This document shows positions 1-11,800 of a DNA stretch of 64,000 bases, piece after piece. A program made the position numbers and the translations under genes. The notes beneath the pieces were generated by a model. That model saw only the letters and a list, made by a program, of their open reading frames with translations. It did not search any database and had not been told where the DNA came from. Position 1 is the first letter of the stretch; each line of letters starts with the position of its first letter. The stretch is from Tetramitus jugosus (lineage: Eukaryota > Protista > Heterolobosea): contig OW569395.1 of the NCBI GenBank assembly GCA_937625935.1, forward strand, positions 186,001-250,000. Direction: 5' to 3'.

Positions 1-1
1 G

Positions 2-1021
2 AAACAGTATTCAGTATCGTCTGCTAGCAGCGATAAGTCAAGTGAAAATGCTGAAAGTAACAAATCGTCGTCTGCTGTCGAGTTGTTTGACATGTCCAGA
101 GGTATCGATTTTCAACACGTTGCCGCTGTGATCAATTTCGATGTACCAAACACACCTGAAATGTACATTCACAGAATTGGTCGAACGGCTCGTGCAGGAA
201 AGTTGGGTGTTGCTGTTTCGTTGCTTCACTACGATGAACCTGATTATCGACAATCACTGGTCGATGACAACAAGGACAAGACCAGTCAGGAACAACAGAA
301 GAAAGCAGAGCAGTCACAAAAGTTTACTGACAAGTTGAGATGGAACAATATTGTCAAGCACATGTACGAAACAGAGTACAAGATGACCAATCATCATGAT
401 GATGATGATCAAGCCAAGAGCATCTTTGAAATGGAACAATTGATGAAAGTATCAGAGTATCCCGATATTGTGCTCAGCGAAGTCGAAGCAGCACGGTACC
501 GTATTTCTGATCTCTACCGTCAATCACTGAAGATGGGTAACAAGATCAAACTGGACTCTATCAAATCAGAAATTCACAATGCCGAGTTGCTCAGTGCTCA
601 ATCACAAATGAGCACGACTCACGATAGAGCAATGAATGCTGTTGTTGCTTCATCTATTGGTGCTCGTGTGAATCACTTTGTCGTCGGTGAATCCGAGTAT
701 GAAGACGTGCCGAGCTATTTGGATGTCAAGGGTGAGAAAGACAAGTACCTCTCACAGTCTAATCTACTTGGTGATCGTGCGGCACAACAGTCCATGAAGT
801 TGAACGAGCTTGTCGATCAGAAATCAAAGAGAAAGAAGAGACGAGAAGATCCGTTGTTCCAATTCGATGCACCAGAGAGGAAGAAGAAGCTTGAGGAGAA
901 GAGACATGCCAAAGACAGAGAGATGATGCACAAGGAAGTCATGAAACACAAGCGAAAGATGGGTCAGGTGTACGGTGACATGAATCCTCACAACAAAAAG
1001 TCCAAGAAGAATCATTCATAA
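2..1021 (+). CDS. DBP9: DEAD-box RNA helicase DBP9/DDX56-like, 3' part (5' end outside window)
   Basis: Frame is open from the window start. Helicase motifs V/VI are present ([28 protein letters not shown]), followed by a basic tail with REDPL. The SRGIDF variant is typical of Dbp9/DDX56. Confidence 0.8.
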   Translation, partial: KQYSVSSASSDKSSENAESNKSSSAVELFDMSRGIDFQHVAAVINFDVPNTPEMYIHRIGRTARAGKLGVAVSLLHYDEPDYRQSLVDDNKDKTSQEQQKKAEQSQKFTDKLRWNNIVKHMYETEYKMTNHHDDDDQAKSIFEMEQLMKVSEYPDIVLSEVEAARYRISDLYRQSLKMGNKIKLDSIKSEIHNAELLSAQSQMSTTHDRAMNAVVASSIGARVNHFVVGESEYEDVPSYLDVKGEKDKYLSQSNLLGDRAAQQSMKLNELVDQKSKRKKRREDPLFQFDAPERKKKLEEKRHAKDREMMHKEVMKHKRKMGQVYGDMNPHNKKSKKNHS

Positions 1022-1063
1022 ACAGTTGTGACGAAATTAATTTAGCAAATATAATTATTATTG

Positions 1064-4003
1064 TTATGGTGAAGCAGAGGTCGTGTCTTCGACAGTTTCC
1101 CCAGACCCAGATGAAGTTGATGAGATAATGTTGCTCACATCCTGCTCGGTCAATCCAGAAACATACATGACAGCACCTTCGAGACATGTCAAATAATAAA
1201 CCAACTCTGGCTTTTCTTCTCTCTCCTCTGGACTCATAAACTTGGCCATGAGAGCCAAGTTGGTATGAATAAAGGACAGTGAGGCTCTCGAAACAACATA
1301 CACTAACAGAGGGATCAGTTCATCAGCACCAAATGTGAAATCCTTATTCTTGAGTTCACACTGCGCCTTTGCAATCAGATGAATCTGCTTTGAACACACG
1401 TGCACACAGTGAAGCATATCACTAGGGACAGTGCAATAGGAAATACAGCTCAATATATCAATAGGAACGGCATATGGCTCCGTTATGGACTGAATCTCAT
1501 TCTGTTTCTCCAACAACTCGGCACTGATATCATCGCCATCATTGTTGATGGGCAGGAATCTCTGTGCAACACCCAACTGTTCAGCAGTCAAGCTTGCCAC
1601 CATTTTTTGCTGAGTGCAGAATTGATTGTTGTCATAGTCATTTCTTATTGACTCCACATGATCAATCTCGCTCGCAATCACACTTCCGAAAATAAAGTAA
1701 TGAACGAGGTACCGCAGAACTTTCAATGTTCTTGCATCACGTGCAATGCTCGATTTCTTGTTCAATGTTAATCCGTTCAACTTGTTGATATAGTTGACAA
1801 AGCTTGATGCATATTCCACGAGTTCTGCTGATGGAACACGATCGAATCCAACATTGTTCACTTCATTTACAAATGTTCGAATAGATTGACCCTCGGCACT
1901 TCTAACATCACCCACGATACAATTGAACTCGTCCTGCAACCGCGTTCTGTCCACATGTGCCAACACATCTTCAATGAACTCTGAACAATTATTTAAAATC
2001 TTTGGTTTCTCTCGAGGCACAACAGCTCCATTCACATTGCTTTGCTGACTATCGGTATCATCATTCGAATACTCAAACACGGGAAACTGGTCAACAATTC
2101 GCCTGAGTGCTCCTTGTTGCTCCCGTTTGGTTCTCGACTTTTTGTGCGCTCCACTGTTCTTTCTCGCAACTTGATACTCTCTCTCCAATCGCTTACTCTG
2201 AACTTCCAATTGCTTAATAATCATTCGTCGTTTCAATAGAGGCTTCCTCTGAACAATCAATTGATCCACATTCAAAAAATAACTCGTCTTTTCCTCAATC
2301 AAATAACTCGGTAGAATCGTCTTGTAATCTTCACTGCTACTACCACCATTGCTATTGCTTGAATAATTTTTGAGAATATCCAGTGCTTGAATCGTATCAT
2401 TCAATCGATCCCTCAACATTTGTTTGACCAATCGTTCCATTCTAGCCTTTCTCTGCAGTTCCATGATGCGAGAAATGTAGTAGCTTCGAAACACTCGAAT
2501 CACACCATTCAATCGACACGATTTCAAATAATTTAATTCTCTATAAATAAACAATCGTTCGACTTGTTCCTTATTCTTCAATTCTCTGATTGTGTATTTG
2601 CAGTCCTTTAGATTTTGATTCAATCGCTGTTCATATTTTGTCAATTCTTGAATCCATTGATACAGTGTATGTGGTTGATTATTGTTACTGTTATTATTAC
2701 TACTATTATTACTACTATTACTATTATTGTTACTATTATTGTTATTACTATTATTACCATGAAGATTATTGCTACTGTTATTGTTGCTATTGTTGTTATT
2801 AGTGAAAAGTCTCTGTAATAGACTCTTCTTTTCTACATGATTGGTTGTTGTGCTGCTCACTGGTGTCGTTGGAGTCGTTGTGTCTACTACTGGATCAATA
2901 GTTGTTGTGCCACTTGTTGATACTGTTACATTATGACTACCACTACTACTACCATTACTGCTACTACCACTACTGTTCGTATGGCTATTGTTATTACCAC
3001 CAAAGAGAGTGGAAAAGGAACGTGAGACAACATTGAATGCAGAGGGAGGTGCATTGGGTGAGGATGCAGCAGCAGCAACAACCGACTCTCCACTGTTGGA
3101 AAGCTTTCGAGGCGTAATCGACGTGGAAGACGAAGATGACGAAGAATCGACATCCAACTCTCTCATCTCCGGCATGTCTAATTCTCCTATTGTCATCGGA
3201 GCGGAGTTTTTACGACAGAGTGGGAGAGAATTGGCCTCTGTAGTTGGCGCCAAAAAATAAGAGTGATGAACGACTGTTGGCGCCAAAATACTTCCCTTAT
3301 TGCTGTTGTTGTAATTGTTGTTGTTGTTGTTCTGATGATTTTGTTCGTTACGAATGAATTGACGCATATGATTTCTGACATTTCTCTTTTGACGTCTTCT
3401 CGACTCATCCATCTCCTCCTCATCGTCATCTACAGTGTCACCACTCTCACTGAAATTTAAGAAAAAGGTTTGTTTCTCTTCTGACATGTTGGATTGAATT
3501 TCTTCGTCCCATGCAGAGTACATTTCAGTGATCCATGATGGCTTATTCGCATTGTTATTGTCATCATGATTATTGTTATTATTGTTATTATTATTATTAT
3601 TGGACGAGTGTTTTTCATGAAGAGCACGAGTTGTTGTTGCTGTGGTTGCATTATTCAGCTGCTGTTCATCATCGTCATTGTCCTCTGTTGTCAAATCATC
3701 ATTTTCTTCTTCTTCTTCTGCTTCGTCGTCTTCACTGTCACGTTCCACTTGCAAGTGTTGCAATGGTTCAATGTCTCTTTTGGAAAGTTTGAGGTGATGA
3801 CCATTTGAGCGCTTACGAGTCATGATACTAGTTGTTGCTGTGGTTGTGGTGAGCTTTTGTCCACCAACACTGCTGACGTGCTGAGGAGTTGCCGTGGAAA
3901 TGAGACTCTTTCGAAGAACGATATTCCGACTCCTACTACGACGTGGGGTGATGACTTCATCTGTTGCTTCTGTATGCTGTTGTTGTGGTTGTTGCTGCTC
4001 CAT
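1064..4003 (-). CDS. VPS9-domain protein (Rab5-family GEF) with long Asn/Ser/Thr low-complexity N-terminus
   Basis: C-terminal VPS9 motifs GADELIPLLVYVVSRA and ELVYYLTCLEGAVMYV; central coiled coil. Confidence 0.85.
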   Translation of the reverse strand: MEQQQPQQQHTEATDEVITPRRSRSRNIVLRKSLISTATPQHVSSVGGQKLTTTTATTSIMTRKRSNGHHLKLSKRDIEPLQHLQVERDSEDDEAEEEEENDDLTTEDNDDDEQQLNNATTATTTRALHEKHSSNNNNNNNNNNNHDDNNNANKPSWITEMYSAWDEEIQSNMSEEKQTFFLNFSESGDTVDDDEEEMDESRRRQKRNVRNHMRQFIRNEQNHQNNNNNNYNNSNKGSILAPTVVHHSYFLAPTTEANSLPLCRKNSAPMTIGELDMPEMRELDVDSSSSSSSTSITPRKLSNSGESVVAAAASSPNAPPSAFNVVSRSFSTLFGGNNNSHTNSSGSSSNGSSSGSHNVTVSTSGTTTIDPVVDTTTPTTPVSSTTTNHVEKKSLLQRLFTNNNNSNNNSSNNLHGNNSNNNNSNNNSNSSNNSSNNNSNNNQPHTLYQWIQELTKYEQRLNQNLKDCKYTIRELKNKEQVERLFIYRELNYLKSCRLNGVIRVFRSYYISRIMELQRKARMERLVKQMLRDRLNDTIQALDILKNYSSNSNGGSSSEDYKTILPSYLIEEKTSYFLNVDQLIVQRKPLLKRRMIIKQLEVQSKRLEREYQVARKNSGAHKKSRTKREQQGALRRIVDQFPVFEYSNDDTDSQQSNVNGAVVPREKPKILNNCSEFIEDVLAHVDRTRLQDEFNCIVGDVRSAEGQSIRTFVNEVNNVGFDRVPSAELVEYASSFVNYINKLNGLTLNKKSSIARDARTLKVLRYLVHYFIFGSVIASEIDHVESIRNDYDNNQFCTQQKMVASLTAEQLGVAQRFLPINNDGDDISAELLEKQNEIQSITEPYAVPIDILSCISYCTVPSDMLHCVHVCSKQIHLIAKAQCELKNKDFTFGADELIPLLVYVVSRASLSFIHTNLALMAKFMSPEEREEKPELVYYLTCLEGAVMYVSGLTEQDVSNIISSTSSGSGETVEDTTSASP

Positions 4004-4369
4004 GGTGTCTGAACTTGAAACAGTTGATAGACCGATGACTTACTTTTGTTTTTGGTGGGACAGAGAGACAGATACCCTTGAAGTTACGAATTGGTGAGAA
4101 GTGAGGGTTTAGGTGTTCGACGATGTTCTGACACGAAAACCAACACTCACATCCAAGATGTCATGGGGCAACATCCAACCTCACACAATGATGGGTGACA
4201 ACAATGTAATGTGAAGAACGGCGAATCAGAATGACTCACTTGGAGTAAAGGAGAGAGTCAACCAAGAGTCGGGCTTTCATTTCGCCGATGACATTTCCCC
4301 TCCAAAAAAAACGCAAGCATCATCCTCTGTGATTATCCAACATAAACGTCGACCATAAACAAAATCAAA

Positions 4370-5447
4370 ATGACAAGCATTCCAGAGGAGGAAATCAAAC
4401 AAAAGCTCAGAGCTGATTACATCAATAGCCTAAAGCTTGACATTGCAGAAGAGCTCCCTCTTCCACCAAAACCAAGCAGAAGAAACTTTAGCGCACATGG
4501 AGTTTTTGAGTACCCAACTACCCCTGAAGGAAAAGTTGCAGTGACTATTGGATCTTCTGTTCTATTGGGTGCCTTTATTGGTGCCACTAGAGCATGGTTC
4601 TACGATTATAAGAAAATTCCAAATATTCAATACATGCAATCATTGCGTGTGAATGCAAGAGTATGTGTGTTTGCGATATGTATATTTTGTTGAATTTGGA
4701 TCCATATGTGTGATTTTATTCTTGTTGTTACTATTCATTGTTTCATCCTGTTTTGAAAAAAAAAGCAAAATTTTGACTCATCCGATGATTTTTTTTGTAT
4801 CCATGTGTCTGTGGATGACATTGACTCAATATATATATACATACAAAATGATGATAACGAATCAACTAATGATATGACAATAACAATCATAATAATCAAA
4901 ACAATAATCATACTCATACTCATAATCATAATCATACTCATAATACTGACATGGATGCACAATCAACAAATTAACAAATTAACAATAGTACATTAAAAAA
5001 CCAATGTTTGCTACAATTGCAATGGGTACCACATGGGCACTTGTCAACTATGCCATGGACAAATACAATACAGAGATGGTCAGACCAGTGAACACTGAAA
5101 AGGAACAATCATTGACTCAAGATTTCTGGAAGGCCACTCTTGCTGTTGCCTCTGCTTCTGCAGTTACTGGAAATCCATCCTTTACTTTGCCAGTGGCCTT
5201 TGGAGTCGGTTCAGTCTACTTGTACTATCGTTACATGAACGCAACTGGATCTTCTATGCAACTGGTGCGCAAGGGACAAGAAGAGAGATTGAGAGTGAAC
5301 TCAAATCCAATGAACTACAAGCCAATTGATTCCTTGTTCAAGTTGAATGAAAACAGAATCAATTATACCTTCTTTTATGAAGATCGTATGGATAAGCCAC
5401 CAAGAAGAGCAGAAGGTTACACAGACGTTGAATACGTGGAGGAATAA
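4370..5447 (+). CDS. Two-exon membrane protein (4370-4660, 4989-5447; 249 aa), possibly Tim17/22/23-NDUFA11 family
   Basis: A phase-0 intron 4661-4988 (GTATGT...AATAG) joins the two ORFs in frame (NAR|YIKKPMF). About four Gly/Ala-rich hydrophobic segments (SSVLLGAFIGAT etc.). Family assignment is tentative. Confidence 0.6.
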
Positions 5448-5896
5448 ATATAGAGAGAGAAATTTAAATGATATTGTTTTTTGAAGTAAGTAATGACAGT
5501 TCATTCGTTTGTTCTCTTGCGCGCCAGTTGTGGGAACCCAAACTCTCTCATCCATCAGGTTCAGCATAGGTTGAACTGTTTTGTTCAACATGTGGGCAAG
5601 AGAACGAAAGAACACACATGATGACACGCGATAACCCGAGGAGCATATGTCTATTTTTTCCACGCTCCTCGTCACATATACCTCATATTGTAATTGAGCC
5701 AGTGAACGGTGAATTTTGTCCGCTGATTTACGAAGGGGTTTCGTTCGAGTTGTTGGTCTTTCTCAAAAATCAACAAGAAAAAAATCTCCTGTTTTGTTGA
5801 TAGAGTAATCAACCAACAAATATTGTACCATAGAGCTTTCAGTTCTCCCAAGGTTCCTCCCTTAACAAAAAAGATATCCAGAGACACAAGGGAATC

Positions 5897-8800
5897 ATGT
5901 CGTCAGCAGAAATCCCAGAGCAGGTTGCTAAGCTCATGAAAGAGACTGGTACTAACATTACCAACCCAAAGGATTTGGAAGCTCTCTCAAAAGTTTCAGT
6001 CAGACAATTGGCCAAGTTGTTTGATGAATTGGCTAAAAACTCAAGGGCTAGTAACCTGAACAAGAAATCGACTGCCGACATTTTCAGATCGTGGACCAAG
6101 GCTGTTGTCGAGCAATTCCATGAAGGAGGTGAAGAGCAAAAGAAGAGAGTCAAAACCAGTGCTGAAATGTACTTGGATCGACAAAACCAAATCTTGACCG
6201 ACAATGAGATGAAGGAAAGAAGAGAGGAGTTGGTGGAGATTGAAGGCAATATTGCCAAGGCCAATGCAGAGTTGGATAAATTAAAGGTGACACTTAAAGA
6301 ATCTGCTGCTAAGAATGACAAATCTGCAGTTGAACAAATCAAAAGAGACATGGAGGACTTGAAAACCTCGAAGCGTGGTGACATAGAAAAGAGTGACAAG
6401 AGAAAGGATGTCGCCTTTTATAAAACAATCTTCTATCATAAGAAGAGAGATAATCTCGTTAGAAAGTCTGATGATGACGACAAGGAGAGAGATGAAGATG
6501 GAAAAACAGAGAAGGAGTTTGTTGAAGATAGTTTGTTTCAAGATAAGTGGAACAATGCAGGAGGGGTAGATGAAACAACAGTTATTATGGAGATGAACCC
6601 TAGTGATTGTGTGGAGGAGGCAGAGAACAAATTCTTGAGATCATTCGGAACTGATATTCAAGGAACAAGTTCAAAAAGTGTTTCATCTTCATCTTTCAAG
6701 TGCCATAAGAAGGGAAAGAAACATCCTGTGGTGATACGCACAGTGCTCGAGCGAGTGGATGAAGAGGGAGTAACAAGAGCTACCATTACAGCTCGTTGTG
6801 CGGGAGAATTTGCTTCAAATGAAATCAAAGAGAACATTGAGCAGTCGATGGATTCGTTGAAAGAGGCAGAGGCAGCTGAGGCTGAGAAACGATATCAGTC
6901 TTATGATGATCGTACAGAGACAACCTCAAATATTCCTCTAGCGGGAACAAAAAGATTAGTGGATGCATGGGAAAGAATGATGCAATCTGTGGCTACAGAT
7001 AAAGCAATCTATCCGGTATACACCAGGGGCGGTCGAGAAAAGGGTCGATCAGTGATGCTCGGATCTGACTACAAGAAACATCCTGTAGTATTAAGGTCAG
7101 ATCTCAAGAATGATGGAGGAGTCTATTCACTCGATCTCTCATGCAAAACACCAGTCGGAGAAGAGGAAGAGGGAAAAGTCTTGATGGAGGCAGTTGAATC
7201 GGTTCTGTTTGAGACAGGATTTGAGTTTGTGAGCAAATTGAACCAATCATCTCTAGAGGTGATTGTTCCAGGCATTCCCGATGTAGACGATGCAGTGAAA
7301 AGATTAATCGATGGGGCAGGATCACAACCCGTTGGTGGAGATCATTCGACAAAAACAGGAGAATTACACTTCATATCGAAGAAGAACAAACGACATCCAG
7401 TCTTTATGAAAGCTGTGTTAGATGAAGACGACGACAGAGTAAAAATTCATCTTACACTTTGTGGTGATGACAAGGGGGTTGTTGACGAGATTGCCAAGGG
7501 TATGAAGGAGTCTGTTGAGAGAGAAGAAGATCCTGCCGAAAGGTTTGCAGATGAATGGGATTTGGCAGAGGAAAACGAGTCTCATAGAATCATAGATCTT
7601 AATTGTGAACAAAACGTGGACGAGGCAACTGAGAACTTTATTCAGAACACAGGCATACAGGTAGTTGGAGTTGTTCAACAAGAAAAGAACGATCGATTGA
7701 TTAACTTCTATGGAAAGAATGGAACCAAGAAGCACCCTGTATTGATGAGAGCTACAATTAAGAGAGACGAAGAAGGAGTCGTTGTGGCTGATCTGAAAGC
7801 GAGAGGTCCTAGTAAGAAAGAGATACGCGCTGATCTTGATTCCTTGAAAGAGTCCCTTGCTTCAAATGATCCTCTCGCACGTTTTGAGAGCGAGTTTGAG
7901 AATCTAGGAGAATCATCAACAAGGAAAGAGGACATTCAAATCCCTAGAGTTTCAACTCTCATCGATATGTTCGAGAAAATGGGAAAGGCTGCAGATTCCA
8001 AACCTTTTGTGAACAGGTCAGATAGAAAGTTAGGACATATCGGATTTATTGGAAAGAAGAACCCTGAACATCCGGTGTATATGAAGGGTAAAGCTGTTAA
8101 AATGGAGGATGGAAGTTACGTGGCCCAAGTGGAAACACGTTGTAATGAAGAGCATGCTCGCTGCGAGTTTTTGAACCGACTCAAAGAGGATCTCTTTGAT
8201 AACGATTGGAACAAATATGGAGCTGCCACAGAAAAAGCAAAGTCTGTTGAGATGTTGGCTGATAATATCGAAGACTCCATCAAACAATTATCAGATGCCA
8301 CTCAATCCCTTCCTACTTCAACAAGGGCAATAGGCAACAAGACTACTGTTTCAATCTACGGAAAGAGACAAGGAAAACATCCGATAATGATGAAAGCAGA
8401 GATTGAACAGAAATCTCCTGGAGTTTTTCACACAATTGTTAAGGCAAGATCGGACGACAATCAATTTAGAGATGAGATGACAAGTGATGTCGTCACACAA
8501 TTAGATCCCATCACTACGTTTGACAAAGTATGGGATGAAAATAAGGGATCTGAGAGAGCTGATGTTGTAAATCTCCCAAATGTTAGATCGCTTATTGAGG
8601 CATTTGAAAGATTAGGGAAAGCGGCTGACGTACCCGTAGCTAAAAGGCCTGGAAAAGTGGGTCAGTGTGCCTTCTTTGCAAAGAAGAATCATAAACACCC
8701 AGTGCTTATCAAAGCAAATGTCAGAGAAAATAACGATGGAACTTTTTCAACAGAGCTGTCTTCCAAATCTGAAGATCAACAACTACTTAAAGTATCTATT

Positions 8801-11800
8801 GACGAACTTCAAGACTCATTGTTCCAGAATGAGTGGCAGAGATTGGGAGAGGATTTAGAATCATTCAATCAAATTGAAATTTCTGGAGATAGTTTGGATG
8901 CGGCCATCAGAAAGGTTTCCAATGCTGCCGGTACCCTACCAGTCGGCAGTATTAAGACTGAAGGAGATAAACATATTGTGTCTTTTTATGGAAAGAACAA
9001 TGAAAAGAAACCAGTTTTGTTGAGGGCAGAGATCTCTTCTAATGGATCTGGAAGTTTTTTGGCTGTTGTTCAAGCACGAGCTGAAGATGAAGATGCGAGA
9101 GACGAGGTGTCTCTAGGCTTGAAGGAACTTCTAGAGAGAGGCGAGGATCCAGCGTCTGTGTTCCAAGATTCTTGGGATCAACTACATGCTCATCATCAAG
9201 AGTTGACTCCTTATGACTTGTATTCAAACGATCTCAACGCCGCAACGGACAAGCTAATTGACGATTTAAGCATCATACCCGCTGCTCCAGTGAACAGAGA
9301 CGGAGAAAAAAATTCAGTGGACTTCCATGGCAGAGATAGTGACAAACCTGTGTTGCTGAGAGCCCTCATTGATAAAGATGGAGATGGAAATGTTCAAGTT
9401 CAAGTGTCTGGTCGGTCTGAGAGTGCCGATGCTCTTTCTTTGTCTTTGAAGGACGTTCAAGAGATTTTAGAGAGCAAAGATCCCAACAACGTGTTCGAGA
9501 GACAGTGGGAGAGTCTAGGAGAGGATAAACAACATAGCAATCATATTCATTTCCCGAATGTGAAATCTCTGGTTGATGCTATGGAATCATTGATACATGC
9601 AGCAAACACAGATCCAATTAGGAGAAGGGAAGACAAAAAGAATGGCAAGTGTGCTTTCCTGAAAAAGACTCAGAAGCACCCTATCCTGATAAAGGCAAAA
9701 GTGAGCGAGAGAGAGCCATGTGAATTTGTTTGCACTCTTGAGGCAAGATCTGAACTCCCTCAAGAAGATATTCTTAAAGAGATAGATTCTCTGGGAGGAG
9801 AACTATTTAACAACGCTTGGGCAGAACTCGGAGAGGGCACGACACATAACAAGGTTGTTCCATTTGAAGGATTGGATATTGATAACATCTTAGAGATTTT
9901 GTCCAAGGAAACAACATTAACTCCAATTGGGGACCTAAGAAAGGGACACAAATCACTTAACTTGATTGGAAAGATGAACAAAAAACATCCGCTTCTACTG
10001 AAGGCTGACTTTACAAAGGATACGGACGGAAAGGTCATCTGTTGTTTAAGTTCTGTCTGCGACGACGAGTCAGAAAGATTAGAAGCAGTGGGAAGCATTG
10101 ACGATCTTCTTGAAAAGATCTCTAACCCACTCTTCCGAGCTGCTCTTGCAAAATCAAATCAATTCTCCAACCTCGGGATACCACACAAATCATCAGAACC
10201 AGAAATGATGACAAAGAAGGACGACGATATCGCTATTACTGTGATCAAGCATGCATTCAAGGATAATGCTGTGATAGAAATCGCTTGTAAACCGATAGAT
10301 CCTCTAGAAACAAAACTCGACTACACTAAGGTTTCGTTTGGTAATGAAGGAACAATTAGACCAGTGAAGCAGAGTACTACGAAGAATGGCACTGGATTCA
10401 ACACATTCGCAGAGATGGGAGGAGTTCCGGGAGATATTGAGGGAACGTTAGTCACACTAGCGACAACCAATCTGAACAGTGGAGAAAGTAAGAAGTCTAT
10501 AATACCTCTTGATATCATCACCATCACACCAGGTGACTTTGTTCGAGATTCGATTGTCAATTTTGACAAACGATGGGAGGAATTGGGGGAGAATTTTGAT
10601 AACGAGTATATTACTCAATTTGATTTCTCAACTAAGGATGATGTCAAGTCAGCTGTGCCCAAGACGATTGAATACTGTCCTCTGATGGCTATCAACAAAG
10701 ACGATAAGATTGATGGTGACAAGCACATTCTCAAATTTTCGGGTGCAGCTCCAAAGAGAGACGGTATTGATCCAAATGTCTTGATGCAATGCACCGTTTA
10801 CAAAGATCCAGAAGGAAATATTTCTTTGATGGCTGTTTGCCGTTCCGAGGATGAAGTTGCAAGAGTTGATATTCCTGAAGAATTAATCCAAAAATTACGA
10901 GTCAATAAGAGCAAACTAGAGAGTGATTTATTTAGAGATATCTTATCTCAACATCCAAAGATTGCCGAGCTAGGAGTTCCTCACAAAAGTTCTCCTGCAA
11001 TCCATTTACTCAGCAATATAGATTATAGAATAGCTGTTACGAAGCACTCGTATGCTGAACATGTCGTTCTTCAGTTTGATTATCAGAATCAAGCTTCTGT
11101 AAGCGAACTCAACAACATTTTGACAAAGTGCAAGGAGGGAAATCCATTTATTAATGATAGGGATGGTTTAATTTTCGAGAGAGCGATTAAGACCGGAGTA
11201 ACACCGACGGGATCAACCTCATACGGATTTATCAGGTTGAAGAAAGTGGAATCAAGTCATTTCGCAAGTGGGACTTTCTTAACGCACACAAAGTTTGAAA
11301 GCCAAAAGATGGACTCTGAAGTGACCCGTGCCGGAGAAATTGCAACAGTTGAGTTGGATTTGTCCCCTTTTAAGATGTATACAATGGATTATTTGGCAAA
11401 CAAACATGTTGATGATGTTGCTGAATTATTCAAGTCCCTCGAAAATGAGAGTTGCAAGAGGGCGATCAAACTCGAAAGACTCAGCTTTGAGGAAGTTAGA
11501 GATCGCGTTTTGAGAGCTGCTTGCTTGAATTTGGCTGATTATGAAGCCAAGGGTATTGGAGGATGCTTGAAGTTCTCAGGAGAATTAGTAGATGGTGAGC
11601 ATGTTCTATTAGAGGCCGTTGTAAGTCCATTGGATGAAGAGAGCTGCTTGATCGAGTTGACTGGAAGATCAACGGTTCCTCTTTTGAGAGAGAGCTTCCT
11701 GAGAGACGTGGAGGAGTTGATCAAGTGTCCCTTGGTTGTTGTTATTGAAGAAAAAGACAACAACGGACAAGAAGAATCAAGAAAAGGAAGGAAACCGTTG

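Noticed and set aside
2590-3808. Many short ORFs rich in Tyr/Cys/Ile/Val runs (also 16042-18514 and 23456-31654)
   Set aside because: Antisense or alternative-frame shadows of trinucleotide repeats in real genes.
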